In this document: positions 8,176-15,019 of the stretch, one piece after another
How positions within the stretch are numbered: position 1 is the first letter of the stretch
Layout of the letters: every line of letters begins with the position of its first letter
Source: a bacterium
GTDB taxonomy: Bacteria; Cyanobacteriota; Vampirovibrionia; Gastranaerophilales; UBA9971
Assembly (NCBI GenBank): GCA_037147175.1
Contig: JBAWVS010000007.1
Span: 3,509 to 67,508 of the forward strand
DNA: 64,000 nt
Reading direction: 5' to 3'
Notes under the pieces: model-generated
The model's input: only the letters and a program-made list of their open reading frames with translations
What the model was told of the DNA's origin: nothing
Database searches by the model: none
Made by a program: the position numbers and the translations under genes

Positions 8176-9152
8176 TGTTAGAAAAAATTGCGGCGGCGGC
8201 ATCAGCAGAAAGAAAAGCAATTTTTCTTGAAGCAGCCTCTATAAAAAATATTAGTGCAGCTATGATTGAAAAAGATTTTTGGGTTTGTTGGACGTTAAAT
8301 AGACTCTTTTCTGATTCTGAATTACAAAGAACTCTTTGCTTTAAAGGAGGCACATCTCTTTCAAAAGTCTTTGGAGTAATCGAACGCTTCTCTGAAGATA
8401 TAGATTTAATTTTGGACTGGAACACTATTACAAAGGGGAAAGAGGTCATACAGCCATCCAAAAATAAACAAAATAAGAAAAATGAAGAAATTAACGAAGC
8501 TGCTCAAAATTATATTTCCACAACTTTAAAAGATAAAGTCTCGAAATTAGTTGGCGACATTTGCGCTATAACTGTAGATGAATTTGACAAAAACACTTTA
8601 CAAATAGAATATCCTAAAGGTATTTCAGATTTATACTTGCTGCCGCATATAAAACTTGAAATAGGTCCTCTTGCTGCTTGGACTCCAAATGAAAAACATC
8701 CTATAAAACCTTATATTGATAACATAAATAAAAATATAAAAATTGCTGATATTATAGTGCCTACGATAATTCTGGAACGCACCTTTTGGGAAAAGGTTAC
8801 TATTCTGCACAAGGAACATTTTAGAACAGTAGAAAAGGCTAATCCTGAAAGATATTCGCGTCATTACTATGATTTATACAAAATCGGAAATTCTAAACTT
8901 TTTGAAGCTGCATTATCAAGAATAGATTTATTGGAACAGGTAGTTGAATTCAAAAAAAGATTTTATCCTTGTGCTTGGGCAAGATATGATTTAGCTTTGC
9001 AAGGAAGTTTAGAATTATTACCGACAGAAGAAAATATTAAATATTTAAAAGATGATTACGAAAAAATGAAAGGAATGATTTTCGGTGAATATCCAAGCTG
9101 GGAAGATATTTTAGGGTACTTGAAAGAATTGGAACGCAAACTCAACTTATAA
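8175..9152 (+). CDS. AbiEii/AbiGii nucleotidyltransferase toxin (type IV TA, DUF1814)
   Basis: ..IEKDFWVCWTLNRLF....LCFKGGTSLSKVFGVIERFSEDIDLILDW.. plus the C-terminal RHYYDLYK motif. Confidence 0.85.
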   Translation: MLEKIAAAASAERKAIFLEAASIKNISAAMIEKDFWVCWTLNRLFSDSELQRTLCFKGGTSLSKVFGVIERFSEDIDLILDWNTITKGKEVIQPSKNKQNKKNEEINEAAQNYISTTLKDKVSKLVGDICAITVDEFDKNTLQIEYPKGISDLYLLPHIKLEIGPLAAWTPNEKHPIKPYIDNINKNIKIADIIVPTIILERTFWEKVTILHKEHFRTVEKANPERYSRHYYDLYKIGNSKLFEAALSRIDLLEQVVEFKKRFYPCAWARYDLALQGSLELLPTEENIKYLKDDYEKMKGMIFGEYPSWEDILGYLKELERKLNL

Positions 9153-9396
9153 CATTTAAAGAAACTTCTAAAGAGATTAATTGAAAATTGTAAATAATAG
9201 TAAAACTTCAAGTAAAATCTTTACACAGCTTTATTTGTTTTTATAACAATATAACAACCCTTAACGCTCTTTTGCCGACCTTGCTATTTTTCCACTGAGT
9301 CTGACGTATTTATATATAAACAACAACAAAAATTATTTTCAAGATATATGTAAATCAGAGCAAACTATATATAAACAAAACAGGGGTTTCTATACG

Positions 9397-9441
9397 CTCA
9401 TAACCCAAAGGTCGTTGGTTCAAATCCAGCCCCCGCAACCA
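9397..9441 (+). pseudogene. tRNA-Met(CAU) 3' fragment (anticodon loop to CCA, 45 nt); the 5' half is absent
   Basis: CTCATAA-CCCAA-AGGTC-GTTGG-TTCAAAT-CCAGC-CCCCGCA-A-CCA. There is no complementary 5' acceptor strand (TGCGGGG) or D-arm upstream. Confidence 0.7.
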
Positions 9442-9446
9442 ATCAT

Positions 9447-9491
9447 AACAAGGGTTTCGCCGATTAAGCGAAACCCTTGTTATTTGTTTTT
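9447..9491 (+). terminator. rho-independent terminator directly after the tRNA relic
   Basis: Perfect 14-bp stem AACAAGGGTTTCGC / GCGAAACCCTTGTT, 7-nt loop, then ATTTGTTTTT. Confidence 0.85.
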
Positions 9492-9647
9492 GTCCACATG
9501 TTGTCCACTTGATAACTTTGTAGCCTATAAAAATACTAATAAATTTTATATGTTTATTCGGTAAATGAAAAGGCGGAAGCGAAAGCAAAAATCAAGTATA
9601 GTGTGCCTTTTGGGCATGTTTTAAGGTCTGAGATGACTTTCCATTAT

Positions 9648-9787
9648 TTACCAATACTTACCAGCCTTTACCGTTTTGTTACCGCTTTTTTTGAAAAATT
9701 ACCATGCTGGGTTTTAAATATTACTCAAAAGGTTTATTAAATAAGGGTTTAAGGCATGGCGTATAACGGTAAACATTTACCGCTTTT
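9648..9787. repeat. phased TTACC repeats plus a palindrome built from the same word
   Basis: TTACC at 9648, 9658, 9668, 9679 and 9699. Palindrome CGGTAAACATTTACCG at 9767-9782. TTACCGCTTTT at 9679 and 9777. Confidence 0.8.
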
Positions 9788-9802
9788 CATTATAGAGGAA
9801 TG

Positions 9803-10011
9803 TCCCATTCGTAACTTGCAAAAAATCGCCGCTTAAATGAAACGGTGCGGCTCTTGCCCTAGTTTGTCGGTCTGCTTAAAATGTCCGAAATGGGATATTT
9901 ATGGGACTAGAATGGGAGTAAAATGGGACTTGATAATTTTTTTATCTTTCGCCTTTATCCCTAACACATCTATCATACAGGCATATTTTTTGCAGTATAG
10001 TAATATCCCAT
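9803..10011. repeat. four ATGGGA repeats at exact 11-bp spacing, flanked by inverted TCCCAT copies
   Basis: ATGGGA at 9890, 9901, 9912 and 9923. TCCCAT at 9803-9808 and 10006-10011. Confidence 0.8.
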
Positions 10012-10024
10012 TTTTTTGCGGAGG

Positions 10025-10046
10025 GGGAAGTTTAGGGAAGTTTGGG
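10025..10046. repeat. tandem GGGAAGTTT repeat
   Basis: GGGAAGTTTA GGGAAGTTTG GG. Confidence 0.7.
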
Positions 10047-10173
10047 TTATGAGCGGGTTTTAGCACCTTAACTTGTTTTAATAAATATTAGCAGTATTTA
10101 GTCATACCAAGGTTTTGCAAGGTTCGTTAAATCCGATTAATATTTATTAAAATACAAAAATATACACCATATC

Positions 10174-10249
10174 TGCACCAAATATGCACCAGATTTTTAG
10201 GTCTAAAAAATGATTATTATTATAAAGTTATAAAAAACCTGCACCAAAT
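10174..10249. repeat. three TGCACCA(A/G)AT boxes (candidate operator set)
   Basis: Boxes at 10174, 10185 (11 bp apart) and 10240. The last lies about 17 nt upstream of the start of a 53-codon ORF. Confidence 0.7.
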
Positions 10250-10265
10250 TTTAAGGAAAAAGAAT

Positions 10266-10427
10266 ATGCCAAGAAAAAAACAAGAACCAAAATTTATTAA
10301 AAAATTTTCAGAAGAAGAATGTTTACCTCCCAAAGAATTTTGGGAAGGATACAATGCTTTGATAAAAGTGCTAGTTCACCATTATAAGGAATATCAAGAT
10401 ATTGGCAATGAAAATACTTACAATTAG
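10266..10427 (+). CDS. small hypothetical protein, 53 aa (below the ORF-track cutoff)
   Basis: SD AAGGAAAAAGAAT then ATG. My translation: MPRKKQEPKFIKKFSEEECLPPKEFWEGYNALIKVLVHHYKEYQDIGNENTYN*. Confidence 0.35.
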   Translation: MPRKKQEPKFIKKFSEEECLPPKEFWEGYNALIKVLVHHYKEYQDIGNENTYN

Positions 10428-10457
10428 GTGTAATTAGATATAATTAAAAATTATAAA

Positions 10458-10859
10458 TTAATTTTGACAAATTTTGATATAATTTTCTATCGTATTAATA
10501 AAACCTTGAGCATCTTCAAAACATTTATTTACTATATCTTTATCAGGCTTGTAAGTAAACTCATAATCGCTTTTCATCCTGTTTTCATAAGCGGTTTTAT
10601 AGGTTATGAATATTCCGTTATCAAATATATTATTTTCATGAATAAATTTTTTATTGAACCAGCCAAGCAATTGGCTATGTTTTGAGGTTATAAAATCATT
10701 TAAATACCCAAGAGCCATAACAGAATAAAAAATAGCATAATAAATTCTGTTTTGTGCAGTATTTAATCTTGCTCCTTCTAAAGCATACTTGGCATCATCA
10801 AGAGCTTCTTTTGACTTTAATAGAGAATTTGCTATAAGAATATCCTTATGCTGCTTCAT
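10458..10859 (-). CDS. HEPN-domain protein (toxin partner of MNT)
   Basis: Helical protein with ..AQNRIYYAIFYSVMAL.. and ..YENRMKSDYE.. (HEPN R-x-x-x-D-Y type motif). Start taken at MKQHKDIL, overlapping the MNT stop by 14 nt. Confidence 0.75.
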   Translation of the reverse strand: MKQHKDILIANSLLKSKEALDDAKYALEGARLNTAQNRIYYAIFYSVMALGYLNDFITSKHSQLLGWFNKKFIHENNIFDNGIFITYKTAYENRMKSDYEFTYKPDKDIVNKCFEDAQGFINTIENYIKICQN

Positions 10860-11169
10860 AATAAATACCCTTTTCAACGACTTCTCTTAAAAAGATAGGG
10901 TTTTTCTCTAAATCATTCATGGTATAAGGGTGATAATCAATAAATAAATCACTTTCATATTCTAATAATCCGATAATTCCTGCTAATTTGCGTTCTTCTT
11001 CATAACTTAATTTTTCTGAGAAAATTATGATTATATCAACATCACTATTTTCAGTATAAGTACCTTTAGCCATTGACCCATAAAGATAAGTGCCGATGAA
11101 ATTATTAAATACAACGGCAAGTTTTTCATTAAGTTTATTTATAACTATATTGATTTTTTTATCTGGCAT
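10846..11169 (-). CDS. MNT-type nucleotidyltransferase (antitoxin partner of HEPN)
   Basis: ..GTYLYGSMAKGTYTENSDVDIIIIF.. is the GS-x10-DxD nucleotidyltransferase motif. Confidence 0.85.
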   Translation of the reverse strand: MPDKKINIVINKLNEKLAVVFNNFIGTYLYGSMAKGTYTENSDVDIIIIFSEKLSYEEERKLAGIIGLLEYESDLFIDYHPYTMNDLEKNPIFLREVVEKGIYYEAA

Positions 11170-11535
11170 AAAAATAACCTCAAGAATTATAAATATTATT
11201 ATAACCTATAAAGTTAAAAACTAAAGTTCTGACACCTTAATTAATACAAAAAACTTTAGCCGTCTATCATAACTCAGTTTCAACGATAATCTTTGTACTT
11301 TTCGAAAATATACTCTGATATTAAGTTAATAAAGGTTTTAGTATCTTTTGGTCCTAATGGTACTTGTTTAAGCGTGCAAATATAGTCATTTCGGATAAAT
11401 AAAGGAATTAAAAGCCTATAAAAAGTCATAATTCGAGATTATTGATAATACTTATAAATTGTATAATTTCTTTGTTCCCACTTTGTTCCCAAAATCCTGA
11501 TAAAAATATCAAACCATTTCTCCGCAAAGCCTTCC

Positions 11536-11600
11536 AACATATGATGTTACATCCATGTGGCCAAAGTTTATAGCCAAATGGCTAAAGTTTTATGGTTTTA
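11536..11600. repeat. 65-bp conserved intergenic motif, copy 2
   Basis: AACATATGATGTTACATCCATGTGGCCAAAGTTTATAGCCAAATGGCTAAAGTTTTATGGTTTT. See copy 1 at 6452-6516. Confidence 0.8.
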
Positions 11601-11660
11601 TGACCTTTGGATAACTTATTCTTAAACTTATTTAGAATATTTATCTAATTTTGAAATAGG

Positions 11661-11720
11661 CTTGTAATTTTCAAAGAATAGATTATAATAAAATTAGATT
11701 GATAAACACTTGTAATTTTC
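11661..11720 (+). promoter_or_regulatory. promoter plus a 12-bp direct-repeat pair upstream of the Gp49/RelE-like toxin gene
   Basis: TTGTAA (11662-11667), 16 nt, TATAAT (11684-11689). CTTGTAATTTTC occurs at 11661 (over the -35 box) and again at 11709 (between the -10 box and the GTG start). Confidence 0.45.
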
Positions 11721-11735
11721 TAAAAGGGTTTTATA

Positions 11736-12029
11736 GTGAAATTTAAAGTAGATAAATTAAAAGAAGTTCAAAAGGAATATAACAGCCTTTCTAAAGCCCC
11801 ACAACTCCTTTTGCAGGACGATTACAATATTATTAGTATAAAAGGTATCGAATTTGTTAAAACCAGATATTTAGCACCTAAGCTATTTGAGATTAAGACT
11901 AAAGATTTACGCTCATTATTCAAGTATGAATCCGACCAAATCATAATAATAGGATTAATTTACGAGAAGGATTCTCAAAAAGCACCTAATTATTACATCA
12001 AACTAGCTCAAAAAAGATTAAAACCATAG
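11736..12029 (+). CDS. RelE/HigB-superfamily toxin, phage Gp49-like (DUF891-like)
   Basis: GTG start. The C-terminal half ..LFEIKTKDLRSLFKYESDQIIIIGLIYEKDSQKAPNYYIKLAQKRLKP follows the Gp49 pattern (WELR..yRilY....ivlLhgFqKKtqKtP..eIe.A.kR). Confidence 0.55.
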   Translation: MKFKVDKLKEVQKEYNSLSKAPQLLLQDDYNIISIKGIEFVKTRYLAPKLFEIKTKDLRSLFKYESDQIIIIGLIYEKDSQKAPNYYIKLAQKRLKP

Positions 12030-12040
12030 GAGATAAAGTT

Positions 12041-12364
12041 ATGAATAAATATGTTTATGTTAAAGATTCAGAAGGATTTGTAACTAAAAAACTTGCCGAC
12101 AAAGTTGAAACTGATGAAACAATTATTAGTAAAGAAAACTTTGAGCAAATTTCAGGGATTGAATATTATAAAAAAACTTTTGGCAGGGGTGGAGCAAGAG
12201 AAGGTGCAGGTAGAAAAAAACAATATACTTCTAAAAAGAGAGAAACCTTTGACCTCGAAGAATCTGATATTATCAGTTTAAAAGAATATGCAAAGAAACA
12301 TAAAATCAGCAAAAACAAAGCTCTACATGAAGCTATTAATCGTTTAACAAAGCTAGAAGCTTAA
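12041..12364 (+). CDS. putative antitoxin / DNA-binding protein with a GRGGAREGAGRK motif
   Basis: 107 aa, 11 nt downstream of the toxin gene. Has a Gly/Arg motif followed by the helix-rich ..LKEYAKKHKISKNKALHEAINRL. Confidence 0.45.
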   Translation: MNKYVYVKDSEGFVTKKLADKVETDETIISKENFEQISGIEYYKKTFGRGGAREGAGRKKQYTSKKRETFDLEESDIISLKEYAKKHKISKNKALHEAINRLTKLEA

Positions 12365-12417
12365 ACAGTTCCTAGCAAGGTGACTAGGAATTGTAATCAT
12401 TATTCGAATTTTTTTAT

Positions 12418-12729
12418 TTAATATTCTAGTAAATTGCCTAAATTATCCTTTTTAGTTTTATTTGCATCAGTTCTTAGATAATAAGTTCCATCAATCAATA
12501 CTTTTTCAACTTTTGCACCTTTATTCCAATTCCCATCACTATTTTTTGTGATAGTACAAAAAGTTTTTCCACTATCAATTTTGGTTATTACGTCAGTTCT
12601 TTTCCAGTCGCTACCTGTACCAACGGAATCATCATTATCTGGATGAACAAATACGCTATCAATGTGTTTAGTAGTAGCTGTTTCTACGTATCTGACTTTT
12701 GAAATAAGATAATCAGCCCATTTTGCCAT
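12418..12729 (-). CDS. DUF3892-family protein
   Basis: MAKWADYLISKVRY...WKRTDVITKIDSGKTFCTITKNSDGNWNKGAKVEKVLIDGTYYLRTDANKTKKDNLGNL matches the family pattern as I remember it. Confidence 0.7.
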   Translation of the reverse strand: MAKWADYLISKVRYVETATTKHIDSVFVHPDNDDSVGTGSDWKRTDVITKIDSGKTFCTITKNSDGNWNKGAKVEKVLIDGTYYLRTDANKTKKDNLGNLLEY

Positions 12730-12781
12730 TTTACATACTCCTTTTTCTCTAAATTCCTAATTTGCTGAGAATATTCGTTTT

Positions 12782-12991
12782 TTATCTGGTATGACAAGGC
12801 TTACAACAATAATAGCAGCCATCAACATTGCTATAATATTCTTTTGCTTTTTTAACCGCATCTCTACAGTTATCGAAAGCTCCTAGATATTGTCTATTGA
12901 GAACATCTGGCAAATAAGAACATTCCTCACAGTGAACTTCATGTTCTCCAGTTGACTGTGCATTTTGGTTTACATAATAACTTTTAAACAT
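12782..12991 (-). CDS. Cys-rich small protein, 69 aa (conserved hypothetical type)
   Basis: YYVNQNAQSTGEHEVHCEECSYLP...NRQYLGAFDNCRDAVKKAKEYY..VDGCYYCCKPCHT looks like a metal-binding Cys/His pattern. Confidence 0.6.
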   Translation of the reverse strand: MFKSYYVNQNAQSTGEHEVHCEECSYLPDVLNRQYLGAFDNCRDAVKKAKEYYSNVDGCYYCCKPCHTR

Positions 12992-13185
12992 AATTAAACT
13001 CCTTTTTTATATCAAACTATTTCCCTTTTTTACGTTATTTCCCCAATACAAGGGCTCTAAATTACTCAAAATGCTTGCGTAACTCCTGTTACTTAAGTAA
13101 TAATAAATTAATAATGGTTTTTAATTTTTGATTATTATAAAATATGAGTTAAAGCTAAAGAAGTGGGATGTTTGAAATAAAATAG

Positions 13186-14667
13186 ATGCGGCAGGATGAA
13201 ATGGAAAACACAAAAATTAAGTTTTCAAAAAATAATCTTTTTAGAAAAAATTTATTAAAAGAAGATGGATATATTCATTTTATAGCAATAGGCGGGATCG
13301 GAATGAGCGGTCTTGCAAAGATTTTAATCGAATCAGGCTATAAAGTTTCCGGTTCTGACATAAAAAATAATGCAAACATAGAATCAATAGAAAATGCCGG
13401 AGGCATAGTTAAAATTGGTCATAGTTTCGAAAATATAAAGGACTGCTCTCTTGTAGTTGTAAGTTCTGCTATAAAATCAGATAATTCTGAATTAATAGAG
13501 GCAAAAAAACAAAATATTCCGATTATTCATAGATCACAGTTGCTAGAAGCTTTAATGTCAGGATTCGGCGAGAGGAAAAAACAATTTTCAATAGGCGTTA
13601 CAGGAACACACGGAAAAACGACGACTTCAGGAATGACTGCTTTTTTGTTCGAAAAAGCCGGTTGCGATCCTTCTTTTGCTATAGGAGGCCAACTGCCTTA
13701 TTTTGATATAAATTCAAAAGCAGGAAATGGAGACTATTTTGTTTCTGAACTTGATGAAAGCGATGGATCAATCGAGCTTTATACTCCTGATATAAGCATT
13801 ATAACGAATCTTGAGTTTGACCATGCCGATCATTATGAAAAAGGCTTTGAGCAAATCCTTGAAACTTTTGAAAGATATGTAAATGATCTTGATGAAAACT
13901 CAAAAATAATAATAAATACCGATGATTCAGGAAATTTGAGTTTGTTGGAAAGGATTAATCATAAAGAAACTGTTACATACAGCACTAATGCTGAACATCC
14001 CTTGCATAAAATTGCAATTTATAGAGCCGAATCAATTGCAATTGTTCCTAATGCGAAGATGAAAATTTTTAAAAACAGTGAATTGCTTGGAGAAATTACT
14101 CTTGGAGTTCCGGGAGTTCATAATATTTCAAATGCGTTGGCTTCTATAGCTGCTGCTATTGAATGCGGATTAAGTTTTGAAAAAATCGCCGGTTCTCTTG
14201 AAGAATTTACAGGAATGAAAAGAAGATTTCAAACGGTTGGGTCTTTTAACGGTGCAAGAATAATTGATGACTATGCTCATCATCCGACTGAAGTTCAGGC
14301 AACTTTAAAAACCGCTAAAGAAGTTACATTCAACTCAAATAATGGCAGAGTGATAGCAATTTTTCAGCCTCACAGATTTACAAGACTCGCTAACTTATGG
14401 CAGGACTTTGCTAATTCGTTTAAAGGTGCAGATATTGTTTACTTATGTGACGTTTATCCTGCTGGAGAAGCACCTATTAAAGATGTAAACTCAAAAAATT
14501 TATGCAAAGAAATAACTTATACAGAGTCTTTCTATATTTCCGGAGAACTTGAAGATATTGCAAAAATTGTAAAAGAAGAAATCAGGGAAAACGATATAAT
14601 TCTTACAATGGGTGCCGGAAATATTACCCAATTAGGAAAAATAATTGCAGACAAAAGTCAACTTTAA
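13186..14667 (+). CDS. murC: UDP-N-acetylmuramate--L-alanine ligase
   Basis: IGGIGMSGLAKIL, GVTGTHGKTTTSGM and DDYAHHPTE. Confidence 0.95.
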   Translation: MRQDEMENTKIKFSKNNLFRKNLLKEDGYIHFIAIGGIGMSGLAKILIESGYKVSGSDIKNNANIESIENAGGIVKIGHSFENIKDCSLVVVSSAIKSDNSELIEAKKQNIPIIHRSQLLEALMSGFGERKKQFSIGVTGTHGKTTTSGMTAFLFEKAGCDPSFAIGGQLPYFDINSKAGNGDYFVSELDESDGSIELYTPDISIITNLEFDHADHYEKGFEQILETFERYVNDLDENSKIIINTDDSGNLSLLERINHKETVTYSTNAEHPLHKIAIYRAESIAIVPNAKMKIFKNSELLGEITLGVPGVHNISNALASIAAAIECGLSFEKIAGSLEEFTGMKRRFQTVGSFNGARIIDDYAHHPTEVQATLKTAKEVTFNSNNGRVIAIFQPHRFTRLANLWQDFANSFKGADIVYLCDVYPAGEAPIKDVNSKNLCKEITYTESFYISGELEDIAKIVKEEIRENDIILTMGAGNITQLGKIIADKSQL

Positions 14668-15019
14668 TAAAACTTTTGCTTTGAGAATATTTCTATATTT
14701 GTAATTTTTAAAAATTATTTATTTCATAACCAAAAGCTAATTCATTCCTAATAATTTTTATCTAACATTTTGTTAGATGAGTTTGGGTAAGGATATATAA
14801 AATGATTCCTGTGGTTCATGAAAGAATAACAGCAAATGCTTTAAAAAGATTTTTTTCGACAAAAGCTCTAAAAGTTATAAATAATGCAAATTTGGATTGA
14901 CTGCTATTTTTTAAAAAGAAAAAATGCAGTTAGCTGTACTAAAACAATAAAATTCTTCTAAAAAATCTGTATAATAACATTAATTAATAACCCATAACTA
15001 AACCAAAAGGAATAACTAA

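Noticed and set aside
9355-9588. 77-aa minus-strand ORF from the track.
   Set aside because: It is the antisense read-through of the tRNA relic and its terminator hairpin (the typical ..RGLDLNQRPLGYE.. artefact). It has no SD and is not a gene.
9837-10052. 71-aa plus-strand ORF from the track.
   Set aside because: It runs directly through the ATGGGA and GGGAAGTTT repeat arrays, so its sequence (..MGVKWDL..) merely reflects the repeats. No SD is present.
9590-10260. Possible CRISPR array or degraded integrase gene next to the tRNA relic.
   Set aside because: The repeats are only 5-10 bp long at 10-11 bp spacing, far too short for CRISPR repeat-spacer units. Translating both strands gave no R...HxxR...Y recombinase motifs and no frame of 60 aa or more with integrase-like sequence.
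11270-11540. Minus-strand frames in the 11.17-11.73 kb gap: ..IPLFIRNDYICTLKQVPLGPKDTKTFINLISEYIFEKYKDYR* and a 33-aa ORF MLEGFAEKW...
   Set aside because: Both are below 60 aa, lack convincing starts or SDs, and have no recognisable domain. They are probably remnants of a deleted gene, mentioned only in the repeat finding.
14802-14900. 32-codon ORF MIPVVHERITANALKRFFSTKALKVINNANLD* with a decent SD, in the murC-kinase gap.
   Set aside because: It is too short and has no recognisable family. It may be a gene remnant or chance, so it is not reported as a feature.
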